64,000 nucleotides of DNA from the NCBI GenBank assembly GCA_964450535.1, contig CAYVDE010000004.1, positions 9,083 to 73,082 of the forward strand, written 5' to 3'. Made by a program: the position numbers and the translations under genes. The notes under the pieces are model-generated. The model had not been told where the DNA came from. It made no database searches and worked only from the letters and a program-made list of their open reading frames with translations. This DNA is from an uncultured Desulfobacterales bacterium (GTDB lineage Bacteria; Desulfobacterota; DSM-4660; Desulfatiglandales; HGW-15). Numbering within the stretch: position 1 is the stretch's first letter; each line of letters opens with the position of its first letter. Positions 8,378-17,703 of the stretch are shown here, one piece after another.

Positions 8378-10030
8378 TCAATATTTACGGCTTCTCAGGA
8401 TGTTGAACACCAGCCAGAGCCCGAGGATTCCGGAAACCGAGTAGCCCAGTACTCCCAGCAAGGGAAAGCCGAAGAGAAACGGGCCGATGCCTGTGGTGAT
8501 TATCATGGAGGAGCCGATGATCATGGCGCCGATGATGATGCCCAGGGTCAGACGGTTGGAGCTGTTGTCCAGGGTCTTTCTCAGGGAGCCCAGGTTTTCA
8601 TGCTCAAAGCGGATGTGAATTTCTCCGCGGTCTATTTTATCCAGGATGCGGGAGATTCGGAGCGGAAAATCACTTCCCAAGGCCTTGAAGCGGTTCAGGG
8701 TGACCTTAAACTCTCGCCAGGAGGTCTTTGGGCTGTGCCGTCGGGCCGCCAATCGCCTCACATGGCTCTCGGCTTCGGCAACCACGTCCAGTTCCGGGTG
8801 GATCATCCGTGCAGTGCCTTCCGCCGTGACCAGGGACTTTATCATGATAATGAAATCCGAAGGCAGACGAAGGCGGTGCGTGCGCAGCAGGGATGCGATG
8901 CCCAGCAGGATATGCCCCAGGTTCAGCTGCTTCAGGGGGACTGAGTAGAAGTTGTCGAGCAGGTCCAAAAGGTCCCGCTCCAGGCTCGAACGATCAATCC
9001 CTTCATGGCCTGTGGCCAGTTCGAGCAGGCAGTCGCTCAATCTGCGGCTGTCCCTGTTCACAACGGCCTGGATTAAGTCAACGAGCTGGTATCGGTTCTG
9101 GGTGGTGAGGCGTCCCACCATGCCCCAGTCCAGAAGACAGAGGATATTTCCTTCGGTGAGGAGGAGATTGCCTGGATGGGGATCGGCGTGAAAAAAACCG
9201 TCTTCAAGAATCTGTTTGATGGCGAAGCGCAGCCCGTTGCCGGCAATGGTTTCCGGGTGCTCGAGCTCCTGAGGGTCCACTTCTCTGAGACGTTTGCCCG
9301 AGATGAACTCCATTATGAGGAGTTTGTCCGTGCAGTCGTCAATGTGGACCCGGGGAATGCTGATCCCCTTGTCCGGATCCAGGAACGACCGGGCTATCTT
9401 CATGTTCCTGGCTTCCAGCGTAAAATCCAGTTCGCGAAGCAGGAGCCTTCGGGTCACCCGGACGATGTTAGGGAGATCATAGACCTGGACCGTTTCCACT
9501 CGTTCATGAACCTGCCGGGCGAACGCCTCCAGAATGTCAAGGTCAGTCTCGATTACGCCTCGGATGTCCGGGCGCTGCACCTTGACGGCCACAACCAGGC
9601 CACTGTCCTTCATAACCGCCCGGTGCACCTGGCTCAAGGAGGCTGAGGCCGTGGGGGTCTCTTCGAACCGGGAGAAACGATCCTCCACCGGGGCGCCCAG
9701 TTCCTCCTCTATCACCGGGCGAATGCTTGCAAAATCCAGTGTGGTCACCTGATCCTGGAGTTTCTGGAGTTCCAGGATCATGGGGGGGGGAAGGAGATCC
9801 GGCCTAAGACTCATGATTTGGCCGAACTTTACGAAGGTGGGCCCGAGTTCCTCGAGCGCGAGGCGAATTCGCTGATAGACTGTGAGATTGATCTCCTTGG
9901 AGTAGATGCGCCTGACCACACCCATGCCCGGCAATTCCAGCCGCTCGACCATGTCGTGGAAACCATATCGCAGTAGAACGGAGATCAGGTCGCGAAAGCG
10001 TCCCAGCTTGGCAAGGGTCTTAAAATCCAA
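8378..10030 (-). CDS. ABC1/UbiB-family atypical kinase with C-terminal TM helices
   Basis: ABC1 motifs ASASLSQVHRA, VAVKVQRP and HADPHPGNLL are present, and the C-terminus is hydrophobic. The apparent TTG start lies directly after the upstream stop codon. Confidence 0.85.
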   Translation of the reverse strand: MDFKTLAKLGRFRDLISVLLRYGFHDMVERLELPGMGVVRRIYSKEINLTVYQRIRLALEELGPTFVKFGQIMSLRPDLLPPPMILELQKLQDQVTTLDFASIRPVIEEELGAPVEDRFSRFEETPTASASLSQVHRAVMKDSGLVVAVKVQRPDIRGVIETDLDILEAFARQVHERVETVQVYDLPNIVRVTRRLLLRELDFTLEARNMKIARSFLDPDKGISIPRVHIDDCTDKLLIMEFISGKRLREVDPQELEHPETIAGNGLRFAIKQILEDGFFHADPHPGNLLLTEGNILCLLDWGMVGRLTTQNRYQLVDLIQAVVNRDSRRLSDCLLELATGHEGIDRSSLERDLLDLLDNFYSVPLKQLNLGHILLGIASLLRTHRLRLPSDFIIMIKSLVTAEGTARMIHPELDVVAEAESHVRRLAARRHSPKTSWREFKVTLNRFKALGSDFPLRISRILDKIDRGEIHIRFEHENLGSLRKTLDNSSNRLTLGIIIGAMIIGSSMIITTGIGPFLFGFPLLGVLGYSVSGILGLWLVFNILRSRKY

Positions 10031-10360
10031 CTATTCCACTCCGACAGTGGGTTTGGATTCCTCCATCATCTGGAGACGTTTTTCGAGGTTTTCCACCCGG
10101 CCTCGAAGGGCCTCCAGTTCAGACCTCTTTCCTATATCCAGTTTACCAACACCCTTTTTCACAGTTTCCAGGACCCGGTTTTCCAGGTCGGCCCACTGTC
10201 CCTCTCCATCTTTCACCAGGTCGTCAGTGAGGCGTTGCGCGTCCTCTCGGCTCATCTTTGCTTCTTTTACGAGTTTGTCGGTGAATTGTTCGATCTTGTC
10301 CTTGGTAAGCAGGACGGCGCCTATGCCGGCGAAAAAACCTTTTTTCAAGTCATCCAGCAT
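10031..10360 (-). CDS. Phasin-like small coiled-coil protein
   Basis: MLDDLKKGFFAGIGAVLLTKDKIEQFTDKLVKE... is typical of this family, which is often paired with ABC1 kinases. GGGGAGG precedes the ATG. Confidence 0.65.
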   Translation of the reverse strand: MLDDLKKGFFAGIGAVLLTKDKIEQFTDKLVKEAKMSREDAQRLTDDLVKDGEGQWADLENRVLETVKKGVGKLDIGKRSELEALRGRVENLEKRLQMMEESKPTVGVE

Positions 10361-10689
10361 GTGATTACCTCCCCGAGTAACACCGGTTTAAGCCTTTCTT
10401 CCGGCAGTATGTGCATGAAGTCCTTGTCTAGGCCCCTTGAAAACCGGGGGTTTACAAAAGTTAAGTGTACTACCTTCCTCTTTCCGAAATCAACTGTCAA
10501 CAAGGCCTTTATTGATTCAGGATTGAGTTATGCCGTCCTTACCCACCCTGTTGGTTGGTGGCGTGGCCTTGCCGGGTCCCAAACAGAGGAACCCAACGTA
10601 GTTTAAATTTCGCTCATATACGCTGGGACGAAGAGGAAAAAAGAAAAGCAAGTTTCCTTAAGCTGGAAGCAGGAGTTCGTAGCCGGATA

Positions 10690-11319
10690 TCAGTCTTCTC
10701 TCCCCACGACAAGACTTTGTCCCGGTTGAATGACATCGGTTTTTTTTATGCGGTTCAGCGCGCAGAGCTCTTCAACGGTGAGGCCGTACAGCTTGGCAAT
10801 ACTGAAAAGGGTTTCCCCCTGCTTAACCATGTGTGTGGATGCGCTGCCGGCGGCGGGAGGGCTCGTCGGTCCTTGGGCCTGGACCCGTTTTAAGGCCGCT
10901 TCAAGGCGGCGATTCAAGGTCTCAACGCTGGTGTTGAGGGTGCGCCGGTCTTTTTCCAGCTTGGACACTGACTCACCGAGTCCATCGATCCGGCCTACCA
11001 GGCCCGGCACCTGCTTTACCGTTTCTTCAAGCCGATCCAGCCGCATTTCGATTCGATCCAACCGCTCTGCAAGAATACTCAAGGCCTCGTCGCCTTCGCC
11101 CTCCCCGCCCCCGATCAGCAGCAGGACAGCAGCCAGAAGGACCGCCGCTGCAATACCCCCAAAAAGGACGGTACGGCCGGTGCTGGAACCGGTTGACCGG
11201 CCGGTGGTTCTCCTTCGCGTGCCGGCACGGTTTGTGAATCGGCCTTGATCTTCGGCCATTTCCTCGACAATCCCTTTCACGTCATCATCAGAGCGAAGGT
11301 CCGTGGAAATCCGATCCAT
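10690..11319 (-). CDS. LysM-domain membrane protein
   Basis: There is one TM helix (VLFGGIAAAVLLAAVLLLIGG), a coiled-coil region and a C-terminal LysM domain (HMVKQGETLFSIAKLYGLTVEELCALN). Confidence 0.75.
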   Translation of the reverse strand: MDRISTDLRSDDDVKGIVEEMAEDQGRFTNRAGTRRRTTGRSTGSSTGRTVLFGGIAAAVLLAAVLLLIGGGEGEGDEALSILAERLDRIEMRLDRLEETVKQVPGLVGRIDGLGESVSKLEKDRRTLNTSVETLNRRLEAALKRVQAQGPTSPPAAGSASTHMVKQGETLFSIAKLYGLTVEELCALNRIKKTDVIQPGQSLVVGRED

Positions 11320-11348
11320 AATGAGCCTCGCCGCTGTACAGGTAAGGG

Positions 11349-11570
11349 TTAACGTCTCTTTTTAAGACTTTTTACTCCTCTTGCGATGGCATATTTGTAC
11401 TGATACTGCTTCTTTTTGTTGTCGAATTTAATGAGTTGAAATTCATCCGTATCATGGTTGAATGGTTCTTCGAGCGTTTCAATCCACTCGGAAATGCGGC
11501 GGTTTACCTCTTCTATGCGCTTGTCGATCGGCATGTCCTTATCCAATCGTATGGTTGTGAATTCAGGCAT
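11349..11570 (-). CDS. Hypothetical small protein (73 aa)
   Basis: The ORF has a good RBS (AAAGGAG) and is directly upstream of the LysM gene. I recognise no domain. Confidence 0.5.
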   Translation of the reverse strand: MPEFTTIRLDKDMPIDKRIEEVNRRISEWIETLEEPFNHDTDEFQLIKFDNKKKQYQYKYAIARGVKSLKKRR

Positions 11571-11944
11571 GATAACTCCTTTCTAATGCTTCTGGACCCA
11601 TTTGCAAAAAAGCCTCGGTCCGCGTAAATGCCGTCAGGAAAATTCGGCTTTACGCCCCGAGCCGGTTACCGGATACCGTTTTGCCGCGGCCCGGCGCCCT
11701 TTTCGGAAAAAACCCGGCTAAGCAGAAGGACGCCCGCCGGGCGTCCCTTAGGCCTGCTCATGGTCTCCAAAGAAACTGGGAAACTCAATCAGGACAACAA
11801 CTATTATCTTAGTCAATTTACTGTTTCTAATCAAGGACTTTTTTTGAGTGTTCCTTGTCCCTTCCATCCCGACACCGGCCTGAGACGTTTTGCTTCGCTG
11901 TTCATGGATCGCAGTTTAATAAAGCCGGGAAGGCCCTGTATCGC

Positions 11945-12988
11945 TCATCTTTGGTAAATATAATCACCCGTGAATGGGAGTAAAGGCTCAATCCGTTCCA
12001 GGGCTGAGCGAGCTGCTCCAATTAGAGCGGTTTTCTGGTCAAGGACTACCCTGACGGCGATTTTTTCCATGAGCGGCCTGAACCTGCCTTTGTCCATGAA
12101 AGCTTCAAGGAATTGTCCCTCCTTCAGGATCGGCAGAATCCTGGGTGGAATCCCTCCCCCCAGGTATACCCCGCCCGTGGTCATACCCATGAGTGCGACG
12201 TTCCCTGCCGCAGCCCCCAGAATGGATGAGAAGCAGCGCAGGGTTTCGAGACACAGTGGATCGTTTCCCTCGATCGCAGCCCGTGTGATGGCGGCCGGCC
12301 GGTCTCCGTTTTCGATCAGACGCGCGAGCCCTGAAGTTTCGGGGTGCCTCCCGGACTCCCGCAGCCACTCAAAAACATTGACCAGCCCGGGACCGGACAA
12401 TATCCGCTCCAGGCTCACGTGTCCGAACCGTCCTCGAAGATACCGCCACAAAGCGACTTCGTTGTTATTGGAGGGAGCGAAGTCCATGTGACCGCCTTCC
12501 GAAGGCAGGGGCTCAAATCCGTCTTTTCGGTTCAGCATAAGGGACATGCCGAGTCCGGTTCCCGGCGCTAGGAGGGCGCGGTTCAGACCGGGCCTGATTC
12601 CGGTGCGGTTGAGGGCTGCGAATTTTCTGTTTCCAAGTGAGGGAATGCCGTTGGCCATGGCAGTAAGATCGTTGACCAAGAGTACGTGCGGCCACCCAAA
12701 GCGCGATCTCAGTTCATTTTCGGAAACCGTCCAGGGAAGATTGGTGGTGCGGCAGCGGCCCCTGCTCACCGGGCCGGGGACTCCGAAACATGCGGAAGAG
12801 ATAAGGTAAGGGCGCTTCTCGATGAAGCGGGCCAACAGGTCGCCCAGGCTTTTTGCCTCGCGGCTGGGAATGGTGTCGTGCTCCATTAGTTGAAGGCCTT
12901 TTTCTCCATATGTAAAGATCCCGAGGATGGTCTTTGTCCCGCCCACATCTCCTGCAAGCACCAGGTGTTTTTTATCGCCGGTGATCAA
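11945..12988 (-). CDS. glk: Glucokinase
   Basis: It has the ROK/Glk N-terminal ATP motif LAGDVGGTKT and is 347 aa long. The start is TTG with GGAGGA upstream. It is the last gene of zwf-pgl-glk. Confidence 0.85.
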   Translation of the reverse strand: MITGDKKHLVLAGDVGGTKTILGIFTYGEKGLQLMEHDTIPSREAKSLGDLLARFIEKRPYLISSACFGVPGPVSRGRCRTTNLPWTVSENELRSRFGWPHVLLVNDLTAMANGIPSLGNRKFAALNRTGIRPGLNRALLAPGTGLGMSLMLNRKDGFEPLPSEGGHMDFAPSNNNEVALWRYLRGRFGHVSLERILSGPGLVNVFEWLRESGRHPETSGLARLIENGDRPAAITRAAIEGNDPLCLETLRCFSSILGAAAGNVALMGMTTGGVYLGGGIPPRILPILKEGQFLEAFMDKGRFRPLMEKIAVRVVLDQKTALIGAARSALERIEPLLPFTGDYIYQR

Positions 12989-13008
12989 CGTTTATCCTCC
13001 GTTGTAAT

Positions 13009-13737
13009 TCAATTTCCGCTTTTAGTTCCCGTAAGCCTGGAAGCCGCTTCGGCGTCAATGAGCCAGGTTGGGGCCCCGGAGATTTGTGATGCTGGAAGAC
13101 GGGTGTCTTTGGTTTCGAGTACGGCTCGGACCGCGTGCGCCTTTGCCCGGCCTGAGACCCCGAAGACCTTGCTTGCGGCGGAATTCAGCACGGGGAGGGT
13201 GAGTGTAAGCCGGTCGATCCTTGGAACGCCGCCCCTCACAGGGACGACCAGGCGTTCGGACTCGTTGAGTGCCGGATCGCCGGGGAAAAGAGAAGCCGTG
13301 TGCCCGTCGTTTCCAAGGCCCAGAAGTACCAGATCGAATCCTGGAAGGGAACCAGGAGGCAATTCAAAAATGCGGGCCAGCAGCCGCTCATACTCCACAG
13401 CTCCCGAATCCGGAGGTTGTTCGACGGGCATGGGAAAGATATTTTTTCGTGGAATGGGTACCCTGTCAAGGAGGTCCCGGCAGGCGTTACCGTAGTTGCT
13501 GGCCGGATCCTCCGGATTGACGCAGCGTTCGTCCACCCAGAAAACAGAGGTGAACTCCCAGGGGAATGAGGAACAGAAAGGTTCACCTGCCAGTAGCCTG
13601 TGAGCGGCCCGCGGCGTGGAGCCTCCGGAAAGGGCCACTGAGAAAAGGCCCTGTGTGGACACGCAGTGTGAGGCAGTGTGCAGTATGAAGTCCGCCAGGG
13701 CCCGGGAGAGCCCGAATTCATTAGGGAGAATGGTCAC
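13009..13737 (-). CDS. pgl: 6-phosphogluconolactonase
   Basis: The motifs ALSGGSTP and GLGNDGHTASLFPG are present. The start is GTG. Confidence 0.85.
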   Translation of the reverse strand: MTILPNEFGLSRALADFILHTASHCVSTQGLFSVALSGGSTPRAAHRLLAGEPFCSSFPWEFTSVFWVDERCVNPEDPASNYGNACRDLLDRVPIPRKNIFPMPVEQPPDSGAVEYERLLARIFELPPGSLPGFDLVLLGLGNDGHTASLFPGDPALNESERLVVPVRGGVPRIDRLTLTLPVLNSAASKVFGVSGRAKAHAVRAVLETKDTRLPASQISGAPTWLIDAEAASRLTGTKSGN

Positions 13738-13872
13738 GCGAGGTCCAGGGAAAATGCCTTTAATGGAAACGCCTCCACGCGCCGGGAAAGCCGGCGGCTC
13801 TTGACTGTGCCGGTGCTATGATCGCCTTTTCCTTTTCCGCAGTCCGGTCTCCGGCGGACAAGGCCGTGCAGT

Positions 13873-15444
13873 TCAGCCCTGGTCCCGGCCCGGGCTCGGG
13901 CCCCAGGTCCCCGAATCATAGGGATAGAGCAGTTCGTAACCCTTTCCGCAAGTCTCGCACTGCTCGAGAATGGGCGTTAGAAACGCCCAACAGAGTTCGA
14001 CACCGTCCTGCCTCCAGAACAGCATGTGGTCCCCCAGCATGCAGTCCAAAAGAACCTTTTCATAAGCCTCGAGCACAGGACCCGAATAATTCTGGTGGTA
14101 GTGGAAATCCATGGTCACTGTGCGCAGGCAGAGCTTTGCTCCGGGGTTTTTTGTCTGAAATGTCAAAGTTATTTTTTCCTCAGGATAAATCCCTAGGACC
14201 AGTTCGTTCGCCGTGATGTGCTCGCCCAGGGTCCCGCGGAACATGGAGTGTGGGACCTCCTTGAACCGTATGCGAATCTCGGTGAGCTTTGCCGCCAGGC
14301 GCTTACCTGAAACCATGTGGAACGGGACTCCCTGCCACCGCCAGTTGTCAAGGAACACCTTCATGCGGGCGTAGGTGGGGGTCAGTGAATCCGGCGGGAT
14401 ACCCGGTTCGTCACGGTAGGCCGGAACCCTTTTACCTCCCGCGGTTCCGGCCCCGTACTGCCCGAGGACCAGGTACTCCTCGATCCGGTCCAAGGGAAAC
14501 GGGCGCAGTGAACGGTAGACCCGGGTCTTCTCGTCCCGGACCGGGTCAGCCTCGAACAGGGACGGCGGGTCCATGGCCGTGAGAGAAAGTAACTGCATCA
14601 TGTGGTTTTGAAACATGTCCCGCAGGACTCCGGCCCGGTCGTAGTAACCGGCGCGGTGTTCCACCCCCAAGGTTTCGGCCGCCGTGATGTGCACCGATTT
14701 GATGTATCGTCGATTCCAGATAGGTTCGAATATCGAGTTGGCGAACCTGAACATGAGGATGTTCTGAACGGTCTCCTTGGCAAGATAGTGATCAATCCTA
14801 AAAACCTGCCGCTCAAGGAAGGACTCGTGAAGGACGGTGTCCAGTTCGACTGCAGAGGCAAGGTCGTGGCCGAAGGGTTTTTCCACCACTATACGCGACC
14901 ATCCGTTGCCGTCCTTTCCCTCTTCGGCCAGACCCGCCTGCCCGATCATGCGGGCGGATCCAGGGTAAAGGCCGGGAGGGATCGCCAGGTAAAAGACGCG
15001 GTTGCCCTGGGTCCCGCGCGTCCTGTCCAGATCCTTCAGCTCGAGGGCGAGACGGCGGAAACTTTCCGGGTCATCGTAGTCCAAAACCCTGTAAAACAGC
15101 AGGGCGGCGAAGGACTCCCAATCGTATAAATCGGCTTGAAGGTCTTCCTGGACGGCGAGAAGCATTTTTTCACGGAAAGCCTCATCGTTCAAGGGAGACC
15201 GGGCGCACCCCACTACTGAAAACGCCTCTGGCAGGCCCTTGTGCTGGAACAGGCTGTAAAGGGCTGGAACGATCTTTCGCGCTGTGAGGTCTCCTGAGGC
15301 CCCAAGTATCACAAGCGTGCAGGGAGAAGGAGGGGTCTCCAGGATGCAGGATGGATAGGGCACCTTGAGGTCAGGGGCCTCGGTGACGGCCATCGCATCG
15401 GCCCGGGACTCTGCCGCCCAAGAGAAACTCAAGGTGTTTTCCAT
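13873..15444 (-). CDS. zwf: Glucose-6-phosphate 1-dehydrogenase
   Basis: The motifs ILGASGDLTARK, EKPFGHDL and RIDHYLAKE are present. Confidence 0.9.
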   Translation of the reverse strand: MENTLSFSWAAESRADAMAVTEAPDLKVPYPSCILETPPSPCTLVILGASGDLTARKIVPALYSLFQHKGLPEAFSVVGCARSPLNDEAFREKMLLAVQEDLQADLYDWESFAALLFYRVLDYDDPESFRRLALELKDLDRTRGTQGNRVFYLAIPPGLYPGSARMIGQAGLAEEGKDGNGWSRIVVEKPFGHDLASAVELDTVLHESFLERQVFRIDHYLAKETVQNILMFRFANSIFEPIWNRRYIKSVHITAAETLGVEHRAGYYDRAGVLRDMFQNHMMQLLSLTAMDPPSLFEADPVRDEKTRVYRSLRPFPLDRIEEYLVLGQYGAGTAGGKRVPAYRDEPGIPPDSLTPTYARMKVFLDNWRWQGVPFHMVSGKRLAAKLTEIRIRFKEVPHSMFRGTLGEHITANELVLGIYPEEKITLTFQTKNPGAKLCLRTVTMDFHYHQNYSGPVLEAYEKVLLDCMLGDHMLFWRQDGVELCWAFLTPILEQCETCGKGYELLYPYDSGTWGPSPGRDQG

Positions 15445-15577
15445 GGGTTTGACCCTCTACGGAGAAAGGGAGCGGGGGCATGACAAGGCGGCAGACCCCG
15501 GCCTTGAGGTCAGGGGATGCATGGAGACGGTATCAGGCAGGCTGGATCGGCCTGCCGCCGTTGTGTACTAAAGGGCG

Positions 15578-15736
15578 CTATTCCTTTTCGAACTGGTCCT
15601 TGGCTGCCCCGCAGACCGGACATGTCCAGTCGTCCGGGAGATCTTCGAAAGAGGTTCCAGGGTCGATTCCATTGTCCGGATCTCCATCCTCCGGATCATA
15701 AACGTATCCGCACACCGTGCACACGTACTTATCCAT
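15578..15736 (-). CDS. Rubredoxin
   Basis: The sequence is [19 protein letters not shown]...[13 protein letters not shown], with two CxxCG knuckles. I chose the internal ATG at 15736, which gives the canonical ~52 aa. Confidence 0.9.
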   Translation of the reverse strand: MDKYVCTVCGYVYDPEDGDPDNGIDPGTSFEDLPDDWTCPVCGAAKDQFEKE

Positions 15737-15949
15737 CTTCACTGCCCTCCTGTCATAGGGTTTGATTTGAAATCGGCCTTCCCTTTCTATTGCATCCGGC
15801 CGTCGCATGTCGGCTTTCCCCGAAGGAAAACAGGACGGAGCGGCAGGACCGAAAACCGGCGGGCTGAAACCATCCGTGCAATATTAACCCGTATGGCGGG
15901 AAAACCTTTAGTGATAAAAAATAGCCGTAGCCTTCGGTTATGTCAAGGG

Positions 15950-16398
15950 CAACAGACCCGGCACATGATGCTCGGCAAGAATAAGGCCAAGATTTCCGTA
16001 CAGGATGAATTGGGGGTCACTTTCGATGATGCCGCATGGTAAAGGAATACGACTTGAGCGAATCGGTGGGCCAGGTGTACTTTGCAAGGGAGAAGAGAGT
16101 GCCTTACCTGAGCACACCCTTGAGCGAGGGGTCTGAGTACAGCCAGAGCACAGCCGAACTCATTGACAACGAGGTGAGGCAAATCATCGCCCGGCAATAT
16201 GAGCAGGCTTCGAACATCTTGCAGGAAAAACGTGCGGTCCTGGAGACCGGAGCCAAGCTGCTCCTCGAGCGGGAAAAGATCGATGGAGAAGAGCCCAAGG
16301 CCTTGATGGGCGAAATTATACAACCACCGGAAGATCCTGCATCCCATATCGGTCAAGAGGTTCAGGGAGCGGAATGCAAACCGGCCCTGCCGGAATAG
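15950..16398 (+). pseudogene. ftsH: ftsH remnant with an internal deletion (pre-AAA linker joined to the C-terminal tail)
   Basis: Frame 1 reads ...MMLGKNKAKISVQDELGVTFDDAAW-stop, which resembles FGKSKAK...VTFxDVAG of FtsH. It overlaps a second frame reading MVKEYDLSESVGQVYFA...AELIDNEVRQIIARQYEQA...LLLEREKIDGEE, the FtsH C-terminal region. The TM, AAA+ and HEXXH parts are absent. Confidence 0.7.
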
Positions 16399-16416
16399 CA
16401 TTGATCCATTAGGGGA

Positions 16417-16878
16417 TTAGTCTCCCTGTTCGGCCATGTAGTCATCGTACATGGTTTCAAGCGCCAGTTTGTGCTTGGCCTCTTCCTGAGAGAGCATCTT
16501 GAAGATACCGAGGACTTCGGTCTCGTCCACGTTTTCCGCCAACTCGTTGTAGAGTCTCAGGGAGGCCTCTTCCCGCTTCATGGCGAGGCGCAAAATATCG
16601 GCGTAGTCCATCCCCTCCTCATAAGCCATGTCAACGATGTAGTTGCTGCGCTTGAGGTCGGGAATCCATTCGAACTGATAATCGCCCGGGGCCTTTTCTT
16701 TTTTCAGGAAGTCCTTCAGCATGGATTCGTGCTTGCGCTCTTCCCGTGCAAAGGATTCAAAGGTCTCCTGCGCACCGGAGAATGTTTCTTTCCGGCTCAG
16801 ATTCTCGTAGAATGCGACGGCTTCCTTTTCCCGGTCAATAGCGAACTGCAAAATCTCATCAAAGGAATCAAAGCTCAT
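16417..16878 (-). CDS. Rubrerythrin/ferritin-like domain protein
   Basis: It has two ExxH-type helices (REERKHESML and QEEAKHKLAL) in a four-helix-bundle-like repeat. It is 153 aa long. Confidence 0.7.
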   Translation of the reverse strand: MSFDSFDEILQFAIDREKEAVAFYENLSRKETFSGAQETFESFAREERKHESMLKDFLKKEKAPGDYQFEWIPDLKRSNYIVDMAYEEGMDYADILRLAMKREEASLRLYNELAENVDETEVLGIFKMLSQEEAKHKLALETMYDDYMAEQGD

Positions 16879-17123
16879 GATACCACCCCCTTATATTGGA
16901 ATGAAACCAGCTTAAGGGAAAACCGCCTCCTTGTCAAAGCCTGCAGGTGTGATAAGGCCTTCTTTTTCTTTGACCCGGGAGGCTTTTTGTTTTATCCTGG
17001 TATCTAAACTGACAGGATGATCGTATAATAAGGATAGCAGGAGCCAAAATTACCGGTTAAAGGGGTTCGGTTCAACACACAGTCCATCAGGGGGCGGCAA
17101 GCTGGTTGCGAAGGGAGGCGGAG

Positions 17124-17354
17124 ATGAAAGAGTTGATCTCACTGATTGCGAAGGCGCTGGTCGATTACCCCGAGCAGGTCAAAGTTACCGAAATCGTAGG
17201 CGAGCAGACTTCTGTTATCGAGTTGCGGGTGGCCAAGGAAGACCTGGGCAAGGTGATTGGTAAGCAGGGAAGGACGGCGAAGGCTATGAGGACTATTCTC
17301 AGCGCCGCATCCGCCAAGATCAGGAAACGCCATGTCCTGGAACTGATTGAGTGA
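17124..17354 (+). CDS. KH-domain RNA-binding protein (YlqC/UPF0109 family)
   Basis: The sequence [21 protein letters not shown]...[15 protein letters not shown] contains the GxxG loop. I chose the ATG at 17124, preceded by GGGAGG. Confidence 0.8.
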   Translation: MKELISLIAKALVDYPEQVKVTEIVGEQTSVIELRVAKEDLGKVIGKQGRTAKAMRTILSAASAKIRKRHVLELIE

Positions 17355-17703
17355 GACGGGAAGGCGTTTCCCTGCCATCATCTCTCTTTGTTTCAACCAG
17401 CCTCATCACTCGCCCGGGGGCGCCCATGATTCTCGCTTTTCGGGGCCCCGGTGAGTGTCCCGTTTTTCAGCCCCATTCACCGCTTCCCGGCCTAGATGAA
17501 CTCCTTGAGTGAAACCTCAGGCCTGTTTCCTCTCAACACGGGGCGCTTCATGGGACGGCGGCGACAAGGTGTCCCGGCCCTTGAAACACCACATTCATGG
17601 TGGTAGGGTCCGTTTCAGGCAGGCGGATCGCTCGAGAACACGAGGGCGGCTGCGAGCGGTAGAAGCAGGTTTGAGTAAGTGACCCGCAAGGGGGAGTTCT
17701 ATA

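Noticed and set aside
17355-17703. A lysine riboswitch (L-box) upstream of kamA.
   Set aside because: I could not find the conserved core elements I remember (AGAGGCGC at the P1/P2 junction, GUCGCCGAAG, a CUGUCA-type 3' segment). The region is kept only as an unexplained long leader.
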